Source: Fimbriosthenelais zetlandica (Eukaryota). Taken from it: 64,000 nucleotides of DNA. Made by a program: the position numbers and the translations under genes. The stretch covers positions 18,042,001 to 18,106,000 of the forward strand of contig OZ365115.1 in NCBI GenBank assembly GCA_977030845.1, given 5' to 3'. The notes below the pieces were generated by a model. The model saw only the letters and a list, made by a program, of their open reading frames with translations, did not search any database and had not been told where the DNA came from. Positions 25,751 through 38,483 of the stretch are shown piece by piece (within the stretch, counting starts at the first letter, position 1; the number at the start of each line of letters is the position of its first letter).

Positions 25751-26076
25751 ATGTTAACGCACTTGCAAGGACACATGTGATAGTTTTTGGACAAACCCCG
25801 AGCTAAATTTTCCTTTCATTTATTAAGCATCTTCCTTCTCATAATTTTCCCCATTATCATTATTAACAAGTCCGGCATTTTCCTCGCCTGGGGAGACGAT
25901 GTTGCTCTTATTGAAATGTCATCTTTCTCATATTCCAATTAATCCCAGGGTTGCTGCATGTACATGCCTTGTGATATTCTAATTTGGAGCTTTCATTTAA
26001 AAATAATACATCCAATAATTGAAGGGCTTGGATAATAAATCTTTGGCAATATCGCAAGTTTGTACTTAGTCTATGA

Positions 26077-26526
26077 GAAGGAACTGGTGAAGCCACATCA
26101 GTAAATCCCCTTTACAATAATAATACCCTCATAAAGTTCTTGTCTCCGAATGAGCGAAGCCCGGAGTTGATGCTGGAAGAGTTGGCTAGAATTGCTCACG
26201 GACCAGTTAGTTATAGAGCCAGTTCTAGCCCCATCCAAATCCCTGTGATAGAGAGTTTGTCTCACTACAAAAACAGATTACTATGATTTAGAGAAGGGGA
26301 GCATTTTGATAGTTTCCAACCCAGCATGATTAGTTTTAAAGGCGCATACAAGGATCATTACGACATTTCATTAGAATATTGCATGATGCTCTCCATTAGC
26401 ATGGTCCACGAGCCTTTTTACCTGTTGTTTTCAAATAAAATGCAAATTAGACTTCACAAGAGGGGTGGCTTATTTCAGACCTTCAATCATGGTGACCTTT
26501 GGGGTGGAATAAAAGAGAAGAGATAA
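26077..26526 (+). pseudogene. Near-open 149-codon frame with a single internal stop; candidate decayed coding exon
   Basis: EGTGEATSVNPLY...FLSPNERSPELMLEELARIAHGPVSYRASSSPIQIPVIESLSHYKNRLL*FREGEHFDSFQPSMISFKGAY...; only one TGA (26284-86). Confidence 0.3.
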
Positions 26527-28399
26527 ATAGGCTCTGTTTGATAGTGTTGGTGGTAGTGGTGGTGGTGCGTAGTTCACAAGAAGCCTTTGGAACACATGAC
26601 ATTTCGCCTGTGTTATACATTGCAGTACCAGCACATATTGGCCTCTACAAAATGCTGAGATTCCTCCATTGCATGATGGATTAACAAGCATATATCACTG
26701 CCCTGGATGAACTTTTGGAATGTCTTTATGATATATCACTTTCAAAGTGCGCCTGCCACTTTGAATGCAGAAATTCCCACCAACAAGTGTCTCTGTCTAC
26801 CAATAGCCGTTTTTCCACTGCAGGTTCATAGGATATTTATGGGCTAACAAGCCCTCATGTCCTAAATATGATGGAAAAGCTTTTCAGGTGTCATGGTCAG
26901 AATGGTTACACAAGTCATCTCAACCACCTTAAATGCCTCTCAAACTGGTTCACTTAGAAGAAACACAGCTGCTGAGGATATAAATTCACAGAGAGAATTC
27001 ATGTTAAGGAAATTAGAAAAGCTTAAATGGAATTTGTATCAGGTAGTTCCCATATAAAAAGCGTTTTCTATATTATTTTTCGCAGACAATGGGATAATTG
27101 TCTATATGTTGTATCCAGGGTTTTTTTCAGATACTGATTAATGTCTATCATATTTCAGAGACTTGAATAACAGTTGAAGAATAAATCAATTATGGTTGAA
27201 TTAAAAAAAATGCGGATATAATAGTTTTCTATCCGATGTTTTGCCAGGACATGAAGACTGACAGATTAGGCCCGGGATACAGTCTATAAACCTTGGAGAG
27301 GTGTTAAGGAATATTAGGTGGGTTTGAAGGTTTGAAGATATATTAGATAGTAAGGGCACCAAGGGCCTCCAACAAGCATAGGTACCCACTTTGGTCCTGA
27401 GTGTCCCCCAGGGCTTAAAGCTTCATAAACCATCTACACATCTGCAATGTAACCGGCCTTATTATCGCCATAGGTCAATTTCCTCAGCCAATAGCCTTCA
27501 CTGGCAATGTATTTAAAGAGCTCTAACTAAAGTTGTATGTCAGGGAACTGACTGGGAATTTATCACAGTGCTACCATTATTTCTTAAGTGAAATCTATAA
27601 TTTAATAATATCCATTGGATAAGAAAATTTGTACTGTCATCAAATAAGAAGGATAATTATGTACTAAGTTATTGTAACATATTTCATAAGTTACTGTCAA
27701 AGAAAACTTAATAAGTTGACATGAATAGAATTAAATGACATCTAGAAAAACAGGGGGAAAGTATGGTAGAAAAGTATTAAAATGGGATTTCGTGCTTTAC
27801 TTTATTTATCATCATTTACAATAATGCATTAGCTGGAATTGAAATCTTCAAGTAGGGAGGACTTAATGGCTTTAGAAAATTGCTCTTTACTATGTACTTC
27901 ATGAATTACCAATTAACGTCGAGTGCCAGGGGGCAAGAACTAATCGGGGGGACTGTAGCATAAAATATTTTCCCAGCAATGAATTTGGATACTTATGTTT
28001 GATGACATGTAAAATATTCTGAAACTTTTGCTTGGTTTCAATTAGTTCCTTAGTGATTATGCCAGGATTATGCACTGGAATGCAATGATTATGAGGCAAT
28101 TGAATTTGTATGATACTTTACTTCAGGACTGGAGAAATGCATGCTATTCCAAACGGCAATTGTAATGCAGATAAGGGCAGACATAATCCGTCAAGGAAGA
28201 TGCCTCCCCATGCTTGCCAGAAGAGAAATAAAGATAAGAGCTGAGGATCCAAGAGGGTTCTAACTTTAGGACAAAAGATCTCCCATAAACAATGCTGGGG
28301 GTGATGGCTTGCCATGGTCATGAAATAAGAGTTAGCAGATTACCCTGGCAATCATACCTTATTGATCGGCCAAGCTTGATGAATGGCCCTGCTGAATTG

Positions 28400-29343
28400 G
28401 AGAAGGCTTGAGGTTTACAAATAGTTGAAACAAATGTTTGCGGGATCAGAGCAAGGGTAAAAGTCTGACAGTGGGATGTGTAGGCAAGCCTTCTCCTTGA
28501 TGCAGGTACTCGACAATCGACCCAGTTTTCAGTTAAATAAGCAACGATTAAACTTGCATTCAATTACAATACTGACTCAGAGGGATCCAAATTAAAGCTG
28601 GCTGGGATTTGAAAAATGAATCAGAGAGAGAGAAGAAAATCAGGAAGGCGAGGTGGGAGGCTTCACATTGTTTTTATCACGAGATGAAGCAAATAAGACA
28701 GAATTCCATGAATGCCTTCATGTAACAGACAAAGTAACTCCCATAAATATTATTATAGGCAAGGAGGGACTTCAACAGAGCTGCTGTAATCGATTGGCAA
28801 CTTTCTCTCTGGCGGAAATCTCAAATACAAATTTTGATCATATCCTCCATGCGCAATAGATACTGGTACCACAAGCATTCAAATTCAAGCCATCACTTAG
28901 AGCTCAACAATATGTTCTGATCCCAAACCATATCTATTCATGGGAATGTTGCAATATTCATGGCCTGCTCTAAAAAGACTGAAAGAGTTGCTGCTATAGA
29001 ATATATGTATGTGTATACGCTGTGTACAGCAAAGATGCCAGCCAAGTCAGGACTTATTATGGACTTCCTTATTATGTATTTCCACTCAAGACTCAGGAGG
29101 AAGAATGGAGGGCCCCCCTATCAGTTACTTTTATGTCAGCTTGTATGCAAGACTCGGTCATATTATTACCATCGTGGAGAAAGGGGACACACAAGTCAAG
29201 GGCTGGAGTTCCACTTAATCCAGGCTATATGGTGGTCATACACCCCCCACCTTCAAGCACAAGGGCCTTATAAGCCACTAGAGCTTCTTGAAGCCACCTT
29301 TTACCCCAACACCATAATTAATGGCATGCCTGCACCGCCTTGA
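28400..29343 (+). mobile_element. Possible decayed retroelement coding relic
   Basis: LQIVETNVCGIRAR (about 28415) resembles an APE N-terminal NVxGxR motif. NGGPPYQLLL and GPYKPLE (ORF 28960-29343) resemble Gypsy integrase motifs. The two hints point to different classes, so confidence is low. Confidence 0.2.
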
Positions 29344-32148
29344 AGCCTGCTACCGGAAGGTGGTCTTTGATTGATCATGCTGGAGCTGCAGCTGGCATGT
29401 CGTTGCCTGGCGGAGCAGTAGCTGCCAAGGAGAGGAAGGTAGTGGTATAAGGAGGTACTTCTGGTAGACGCCTTCCACAGGGGCTTTATCTTACCAATTA
29501 ACCCCCCCTTGTATTAGGAGGGAATGTTAATGGTAGAAGTGCCTACAGGCAGGCCTCCGGGAAAGCCTGCCTTGTGGTGTTGGTGCATGGGGTGCAAGTC
29601 TGTCATGTGACACCTGTCATAAATAGCAAAGTCTCATTTGCTTAATTGATATAGCCATTCCCTCATTGTCACATTGCTTGATTAGCCTATACTACTATTT
29701 ACTCTTTACTCTATACGACAAGTGGATGTGCACAGATCATGTTCCTTCTTTCTATGCCGTAATAATTAGAGCCCTCACTTGTTCATCTAATTTCTACATC
29801 CGTTATGAAGAAATGTACATTTATAGATTAATACTGATTTTTAAAGGTGCTTCAGCTGCTTTGTATAACTTCGACCTCAGTCGAGCATAACTCACGTGTT
29901 TGATTCAATTAGAAAAGACAATCACTCATTTTGTATTCACGCATCCGTTTCCCTTGTAAGTAGATTAAATTTATATTCAATATAGTAGAAACTGCATTAG
30001 TCCGCAAGAACGTGAGTATGTGTGAAAGAAATTAATAAAATGACAAATACATGTAAATAGAAGACTGTCCCAATGCAAATACTCAATTCTGTCGCAGTGA
30101 CATTCACAAATGTATATAAATCCATAACCCAACGTGGCCAATTATCATATATATCTCCATTCTCGGGTAGAAGTCTATTTTGGGATTTCTTATATTGGGA
30201 CATCGATAAGAAAAGAAGGAATTCCCTTGGCCTTATTCCAGGAATGAGACGGAAAAAGCGGAGGTATTGTGGCTGGTAGGAGGAGATAATGGTGGAGGGA
30301 TTTGTAAGGAGGGAAGTGTTCCTACTTGTATGTATAGCTTCGTTACGAAGCACGCAGAAACGATACTGGAGGGCGCCATTTTTCACAGGCTCACCAAGGA
30401 TGTCTCATGGGACTGGTCATCTCTTATGGGCTTTGAGTTTGTTAAAAAAAATATCTATGCAAACGTAGATCTAAGTTTTATTTAGAACAAACTGAGCTGT
30501 TAGGAGCCGCTGATGATTCTTTGTCAACGTCTTATTTTCAGTTCTAAAAATGGCCAGGGGAGTATCCGTACACATTTTGATGGAATATCCATTAGGCGCA
30601 ATGTATCTGATAATAAAATGTGACACAAATATTCATAAAGAACTCACATTGTATATGGAAATGATATAAACCAATTTCTATCCAATTGAATCAGTAAAAG
30701 TTAAGGGATGTCCTGGTAAATTTCCTTTGAAAAGTCCTCCCGGAAAGTTGGTAAATTCTAAGCATTTCCTGTAGAGAACTTTAATCAATATGTCTGTATC
30801 TTAAGCCTGAATGGAAGCATAATGCTGGGGGGTAGGTGGCATTGTTACAGCCCTTCTATAAGGCCCTAGACCATGGGTGAGGAGGAGGAGGTATCATAGT
30901 CTGGCAGCCAACAAACAAGCCTATAGAAGGTATTGATCAGTTAAACCACAATCTTCCTCATGCTACATCACTCTGCATCAGTTTCAAACTGGCAAGACAC
31001 TTCCAATGGCATTTCTTCTTCTACATTCTCATCAACAGATATGTATATATCATTTAGACTTTTGAACAAGGAATAGATATACACAACATTTGGTCAATGC
31101 ATATTGATGGGTAGATAGAAATAAACAATTCTGATTCTGATTAATTAACTTCATTCAGTATGTATTGCATTATTCTGTCACTGTTATATATAAGAGATTG
31201 AACAGCCAGTATCTTATACAATTGCAAATAATGTATCACCAAGACTGATTGATATATCAACTGCTGTCTCTATGAATATTCATATTTTTGTAGGATGATA
31301 ATCCTTTAGCTTTACCGTTGGATGAAACAAGATAAATTCAGCATAGATGGTTTTCTACTGATTTCTACCACCTATGAAGGCCATTGTACAACCATAGGCA
31401 TTGTTGTACAACGCAACCATAGCTAAAAAATATCACTCATTGTTTTATCATGTTGAATTCAAAATATATTTCAATGGCCACCAGCGTGGATGAAAATGAT
31501 TCCCTGTATCTAGATCTTACTGATGGATCTAATATGCATGTTATCACTCAAACAGTATTGTGATGTATTGGATATGAAAAGCTACACCGGATAATTGAAG
31601 CCTTCATCAAAGATATTGATGTTACACGATGGTAAAATGCAAATGTCATATACTACCATAGGCGGAGGGCTTTAGAAGTATAAAAAATAGATTGATTCAA
31701 TGAATAATTGATAAGCCTTTTCTTTGTTCATTTTGTTGTTACATGTATACATGTATGTAGTGTAGAAAGTCCGAGGAGGCTCTCCTTGAGAACTATATAA
31801 GGCATTTGCTGTCTCTATTGTTCCCTGTTTTGACGATGCAAAATGTATCACCGAGAAAAGAATGTTGGAGAAGAGGCATAAAACCCAGAGAACAATTAAG
31901 AGGTTCTAGGTCACATAATGAATTTTAATGCTTGTAGTAATACCGTTAGATAAATGATACTGGCTCCTGAATGGGCCTTGATTACATTCCTTGAATATTT
32001 CCTTACCAAACTAGATAACGACAGCCCATCTCAAACAGACTAGATGTCTAAAGAAGAGGGAAGGGTGGGTGGGTGTTGGGAGAGGGGTGGGAACCTGCAC
32101 AAGACGTGGTAAGGAACTAGTATAACACCAGCTACTACACATTCAGGG

Positions 32149-32359
32149 TGTTGTACAAGTAAATCCTCAATGACGAGGGTCGGCGAGGGTACTCTCGTCG
32201 AGCCATTATATTGTACAAGCAATACTTTAGTGCTTGGACAACGCAATAACAAGCAATTGTCCACGCACCTTTTTCAAGGGAACAGTATTTGAACAAAGCA
32301 AACGCTTGACGAGGTTGCCCTTGCCGACCCTCGCCACTGGCGAGGTTCCTTGTACAACA
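32149..32359. mobile_element. MITE family X (TGTTGTACAAG termini), complete copy
   Basis: About 55-bp imperfect TIRs, TGTTGTACAAGTAAATCCTC...GACGAGGGTCGGCGAGGG / CCCTTGCCGACCCTCGCCACTGGCGAGGTTCCTTGTACAACA. Homologous to two copies at 13.3-13.8 kb. Superfamily not assignable. Confidence 0.85.
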
Positions 32360-35300
32360 GGGGGATACTGAGACATACTGAAAAATGTACCAACAAAGTA
32401 TAGGGATGGGGAATGATAGCAAGGGATTCCCCTCCTCAAAAGGTCATTACCTCTATAGGCTAGCCAAGTGAAAAAGAACTCAGTTTCAGTTCATACTTAT
32501 ATGGAATACAACGAGACGTTGATATGCGAGACCACGAGCAATTATCTGCATGTTTTCACCCCTTGAGCAACCCATATAATGCTCGAGAAGATCAATGTCG
32601 AGTTGTATACCATATATATATCACAACTTATACCTCAAAACTTGATGAGATTTCTTCACTACTGTTGAAAAATGCAGATTTCACGTGTGATTTTAGTCAA
32701 GAAAACGCAACGGCCAGATGAGCGTGTTCGGGAGTGTAATAACAAGCCAAGTTGTGATATAAAGCTTGGGATACCAAAGAACTGATACCAATTTAAAGTA
32801 CTCATTAGAATGGGATGAAATTAGAGCAGCAATCCACTCCAGTTTAACTCTCTCACCCCCAGTACCCCACCAGGTTCAGTTTTGAGTAGTTATCATGGGT
32901 AGGGGAGAACCAGTGGGCCAAGATGCACCCATCTGCAAACAACATGAGCAGGGGCTGTGGCTAATCTCTCCAGTAGGATGCTAGCCTTCCTCCACAGAAG
33001 CTGTCACCATTCATGGCATACCAATGTCTTCATTAGAGCTACCGCCAACAACACAAATACCAGCCTTATATCACTCACTCTCATCGCTCCTGGGAATGCA
33101 TTAAAATAGAATAGAGATTTTTCCTTTTCACTGGAGGCGATAGGAAGAGGAGGAACAGGTAGTTGTTGCAGGGGGGATGGGGCTTTGGTATAAAATCCAG
33201 TGCTAGCCGTTATACATGGGGTGTGTTTTAGGTCTTGTAATTACAACACCTGAGGATGTGTGTAAAAACACTTTCCCTATTTTGCCTTATAGGAAAGAAT
33301 GGACGAGAGTGAATAAAGAGCGGAGGGGAGTTATAGGCTTGAAATAGACATGTAATGACATACAAAATTGATTCCTTTTGTTTAAGGTTGAGTATTGCTG
33401 ACGTTGTTGCTGCAACTATAATGTTGATGTTGTTTATACGACCAATACTGTAGCAAGACACTGTATGATGTTTTAATAAATGCAACAATTGCTTAGTAAC
33501 TGTATTGCTTTAAGCTGGCTCAGTTCAAACTTGTAGCGTTCACCAACTTCAATTCGATAATTATCAAAAAACAAAACAGCATTCTCTCTTCTTTTTCTTG
33601 GATTGGGATCAAATATCCACGGCTTGCGTGATAACTCGTTGCTTCAGTCAAAGCACCACACATTTTTTCCCAAAAGATACTAAATATAAACCAAGTTTAC
33701 TGCTTTTGCTGCCAGCGGAATCAAATTACACATGGACAAAAATAATCGTCTTGTGGCTTAAAGAATGAAATCTTATTAAATTATTATGACACATTTTATG
33801 TCGTATTTGGATTTCATTTTTACTTGAACCCATACATCGAAAAGATAAGGTGTGAAATATTAGGAAGGGTTAGTTACCGAAATAATTCAATTGCAGAAGA
33901 GAAAATCAACCACGATTCAAGACCGATTCATTTGAATTTCACTCAGGGCATTGGACAACTCATGAGGATATTCATAATGCACGTTTTCCAGGCCATTCCA
34001 GGGCATCTGAACAGTCAATATCCAAGTTAATGCAATGGGATGGTAGATAAAATTGAACTATATAGATGTCGGGGCATTTTTACTGTTATAATGAAAAGAA
34101 TTCCATTCTCATATTTCAAATTCCCTGCTTTTGATTGCATTCCCTTCCTGCAATCCATTAGAAAAATTGGATCATTAGTCGATTCTCTTCAGCTGTTGAT
34201 TGCCGGGGAGGAACGTAAGCAAAAGGACTGTGTTCTAATGTACCTGGGCTCTCCGGTTTCTCTCAGCTTCTCTTCACAGATGAAGAGGAGGGAATATTCC
34301 ATGCATGGCTGCCTGCTTGATACTGTCTCTTGTTACACACTTGTGTCTCCCGCTAATTATAAATACAGTGCAGTGCTACCTGAAAGCATATTTCTGTCTC
34401 CGAGTAAATTGGAGCAGCTAGGAGCAGAAAGGCAGAGGAATGACGGAAGGTTTGAAGTCGAGTGCCGAACAAAGACAGGCTTATTATGGGCTCCGTTTAT
34501 AGTTGATAACCGTGCATGCATATATCTACCCAAACCCTGGCACTGATATTTCTCATGGGAGTCGTATCTTAAAAGAAAATGAAACAAAAGACCATGGACT
34601 CCCCCGTTGCCCTAATGGTGCTCTTACTTATAAGAGACCACACATGTTTTATCACATGAGACCGAGAGTGGTTTTAAAGAAAAAATCTTCCCACCGGTTA
34701 ACATTTTGACGAGGTCTCAACTATTATAAGACAACCGATCCCCCAACACAACCCCAACCCAACAACTCTTAACGTTCACAAAGTACATGCATTGATGTTG
34801 TGTTGGGTATATATTATATTGGGTACAGCATCTTTTCATTTTAGTGCCACAGTGATTGGCCTATTAATGATTCAGTGATAATAAGATATCATATTGCATC
34901 ATTCTTCATTCGTAAGAGGAATACAATCATTTTCATCAACAACAAAAATACAAATGCATATATATATATACATGTATACATGGGAACACAGTAGTGGGTG
35001 CTTATATTCTTTCGGGAATAAGATCCACTTTAACAGCGACCTGCCTGTACATGTTGCAATTGCAGGAGTTGCTGGAGTTGGCTGGCATCCAGGGAATTGA
35101 CAGCAATCTTCACTGTCCTCTTAAAAGCACGAGAGAAAGCCTCCGTAGTGGATCCAAGAAAACTCATCATGATTAGTAGGATGGAAATTGAACTGATTTT
35201 CAAATGAGGGTGCTTAACTAGTCACTGAAATCATGAGTGCTATTTGATGAATTATTGAAGCTAACTTGTTGTTTTTGGGTCATTATTTGGAGCAGAAGGA

Positions 35301-35717
35301 ATGGGCTTTGTTCCAATTACAATGATTAGGCACTAGCCTTTTCCCCTGTTCGAGCATCCTCGAATCGACTATGCATGAACGGAAGAGTGACTTTCAAATT
35401 TAGAAGCTGCCTCATTATACCTCTATTAAGTCAGTGATTGTGAATGATAGATAGGCTGTATCAACAAACATATAACAATAATCATTCGCCCTGACTTCAT
35501 AGCTAGAATATAAGAATATAAAGCAAAAGCATACAGTATGGTGAGTTGGGCATTTCATGCACCTCATCATTCAATGCTTATAATTGACTGTTGTCCTCTT
35601 GCCCTTCAATTCATGTGCTCAGGAGATCTGAAGTAAGATACGAAATAACCTATAATTGAATATCAGATTTTAGGGGAGGTCAAGACTGGCACAGTACAAT
35701 CCAAAGCCCCCACTTAC

Positions 35718-35861
35718 CCATGAGAAACTATGTTATAAATTTCATTTGCTCGATTCGTTTCAGGACAATTCAACAATTCAACTAGTGACTGAGCACTTTC
35801 CCCAGCTGTTGATCCATCAATAGATCCTTCCTTACATTTACAACGATTTTTATACTCATTA
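35718..35861 (-). pseudogene. Candidate 144-nt symmetric (phase 2-2) coding exon of an unidentified minus-strand gene or pseudogene
   Basis: Acceptor CTTGGCATTTCTTTAAAG, open frame NEYKNRCKCKEGSIDGSTAGESAQSLVELLNCPETNRANEIYNIVSHG, donor TGG|GTAAGT. It is followed by a roughly 90-nt intron ending TTATTTCGTATCTTACTTCAG (about 35628); the next exon stops after 6 codons. Confidence 0.3.
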
Positions 35862-36628
35862 CTTTAAAGAAATGCCAAGATATAAGATAATTTCCAACAC
35901 TATTTTCCTGGGAAGAAACTAGTGCATGAATAGGCAAATGCTTCCTTATTTTGTGATGCAGTAGCATTATAGCAACGGCATGGTGAACTTACAATAAATA
36001 CAATAGAAACTGTAATGAATAGTTCCTTGCAGTCTTCTGGGAACGTTGAGTAGTTACCATCGCCTAGAGTATGTCGTCTTGGCCATTATACTGTATATAG
36101 CAAGCAGTACAATGCACTAGTCTTTGATTGCTGAGAACTATATATTTAGTGTCTTCATGTGTGAGAATCCTGATATCTATAATCATCAAGCATAAGTCAC
36201 AATGATAAAAGATTCTTTCTGATACAAGTGACAATTCCCTTCTGCTCTACTAACCATATCGTAGTAATGCCCATCCTGAAAGACCATGATTAAAGCATCA
36301 ACACTTCACTGCTCAAATATCTCAGCCTCTTCCCACGAACAGCAAAATATTGGTCTGTAAGAGGCCTGTTGCTTTGTTTAAATCTCATTACTTGTGGAAA
36401 CAAATGCCTGGGTTTTTTTTTCTGATTTTTTAAAAAACCCTCTGGCTGTTTAACAAGGAATGAATGAAGAGGGTCAAGTTCCATCAATTTTGTTTGGTTA
36501 ATTGGTCGGTGAATTTTCATAATGAACGAATATTTGGACCATGTTCTTCAATAGAAAATACTTTTAAAAGATGAAGAATATATATGCTGTCAAATCCCTC
36601 ATTTCCTAACACAATCGTTATTCCATTG

Positions 36629-36669
36629 TGCATTATTCCATTGCACTAACAATGCAATGGAATAATGCA
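36629..36669. repeat. Perfect 17-bp inverted repeat with 7-nt loop
   Basis: TGCATTATTCCATTGCA-CTAACAA-TGCAATGGAATAATGCA. Confidence 0.95.
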
Positions 36670-38454
36670 GCAGGATAATGAAGTCATTGGTAAGCTGGGG
36701 GATAATGGACCAATTCCCTTTTCATAGCAGGGTTTCTACCCCTCCTCCTCCTCCTCCTCATGCCTTTCTCCCAGCAGCTATCAGGAGAAGCAGAATAGAA
36801 AGTAATTTTCCACCTCTCCTGCTTCCACCATCCACGCATGGAGGGTTGCCTGGTCCTCCGGGGACGGTTCTCGAGGAGCGGGCTCAGCCTCCTGGGGCAG
36901 AATCTAAGATAAAGAGGCAGCAGCCACCTGACGCTTGGCCAGTCTACCGAGACCTCAACTCTGGAGAGCTCATTGAAATTCCATACTTCCCTATGCTGCA
37001 TTCCCTTCATACTGCCCAGATGAGTTATTGCGTCCATCTTTTGTTATTGCTCCCAGAAATTATCTTGACTTCAGCACTTGATTATTAACATGCTTTTGTA
37101 AAAAGACAACCTTTTTATAGATAAGGTAGATGGTTAGATATAAATTATAGAAGGCTGCATTACCATTTCCTATACTAACGAATACCTCGAGTATCAATTT
37201 TCACACAATCACCTGTATTTCACTTTGTTCCAAGAGGAACGAACAAGAAACCGTCAGTTCCTGCAGTCTGGAGACTCGGGAAGTTGGAATTCATGGGCTG
37301 TTCCGATGACACTTTGCACTGAAAGTCATTAAAATAGACCACTTTATCTGACTCCGACTTTATCCCACTTTGAATTCAGATGCTATCTCGCCGGAATCTA
37401 TGGCTCTTTTGTGACCTACAAAAGGCTCCAGAGAAGATAACCCCGGATCAGACTGCTTCCTGAACGATAAGAAAACTACAGTCTTACAATGTTGTAAGGT
37501 TCACTTGTGTTGGGACCTCCCATCCTTGTTTGTCTCAGAGTCAATGTTATATACCTTGTTGGCCACATCCTATATATGTGCTATGTTGCTGGTACATTGA
37601 TTATCTTGGTACCATTAATCATTGTTTAAGGCACCTCAGTGGCAGGCTAACAAGACTGAAGACACTGACCCTATATAGAGACTTCTGGGCTGAGGGGTGT
37701 CCAACCAGCACAACTTCATCCACTCTCATGTGAACTGCCAATTATGTTGGTTCTGTTTATTCCCTCAAATATCCAACCCTCTATAGCCCTGCTCCATATA
37801 ATATAGAACCAACATGACCTTTATGCAGGGATTGGGTGCTATTCAGCGGTATCTGCAGAAACTTCATGAAGACAAATCTGGCTTAAAATGTTTAAAATTC
37901 CCCTTTTACCTCTACGTCTCTTTTTTTGGTTTAGAAATATGAATTTGCAAAGGATTTTAGGTATTTCTAGTATATTGGGATTGTCCAAGGTATAACCAAA
38001 CTTTGAATATATATTCAATTTAGTTTGCTTGATAATAGCATGTTGCATAATATGTTAGGGCTTTTTCTGATGTATTGTAACTATTATCATCAACCATGCT
38101 TCAATCTGCATCTCAGGAAATTCATGCAAGGTCTTCCTAATTCGAAGCAAATGCAGGCAAATGTACTAGCACAAAGAAGGAGGTAGGCTTCGTATAATGA
38201 TGTTTCCTATAGGGTTTCCAGTTCAGATACCATCTTGTTTCAACATAATATTGCCTATTGCCGGCTACGGTTTGTTCTGCAGATGAGACGACAGACTGCA
38301 CCTAGAATACCACCCAATATTTAGGTGCATTGTGGGGTTAAATCATTGTGAACTCACTAATTATGATGCCCTCCCATAAGTCAATACCTCGCGTACATCC
38401 TTGATGACATAGGAGATCATACCAAGCTGGATAAGGATCGATAGGCAGCCACCT

Positions 38455-38483
38455 ACATATATATATATATACATATATATATA
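38455..38483. repeat. (TA)n microsatellite
   Basis: Interrupted TA run; similar runs at about 22520 and 48815. Confidence 0.9.

Noticed and set aside
25860-25915. FLAWGDDVAL, resembling an RT or RdRp motif C
   Set aside because: Isolated motif; the surrounding frame is hydrophobic and stop-bounded, without motifs A or B.
34040-34546. 168-aa plus-strand ORF
   Set aside because: No recognisable domain, it runs through an intron-like pyrimidine tract, and its length is close to what chance gives in six frames of 64 kb.
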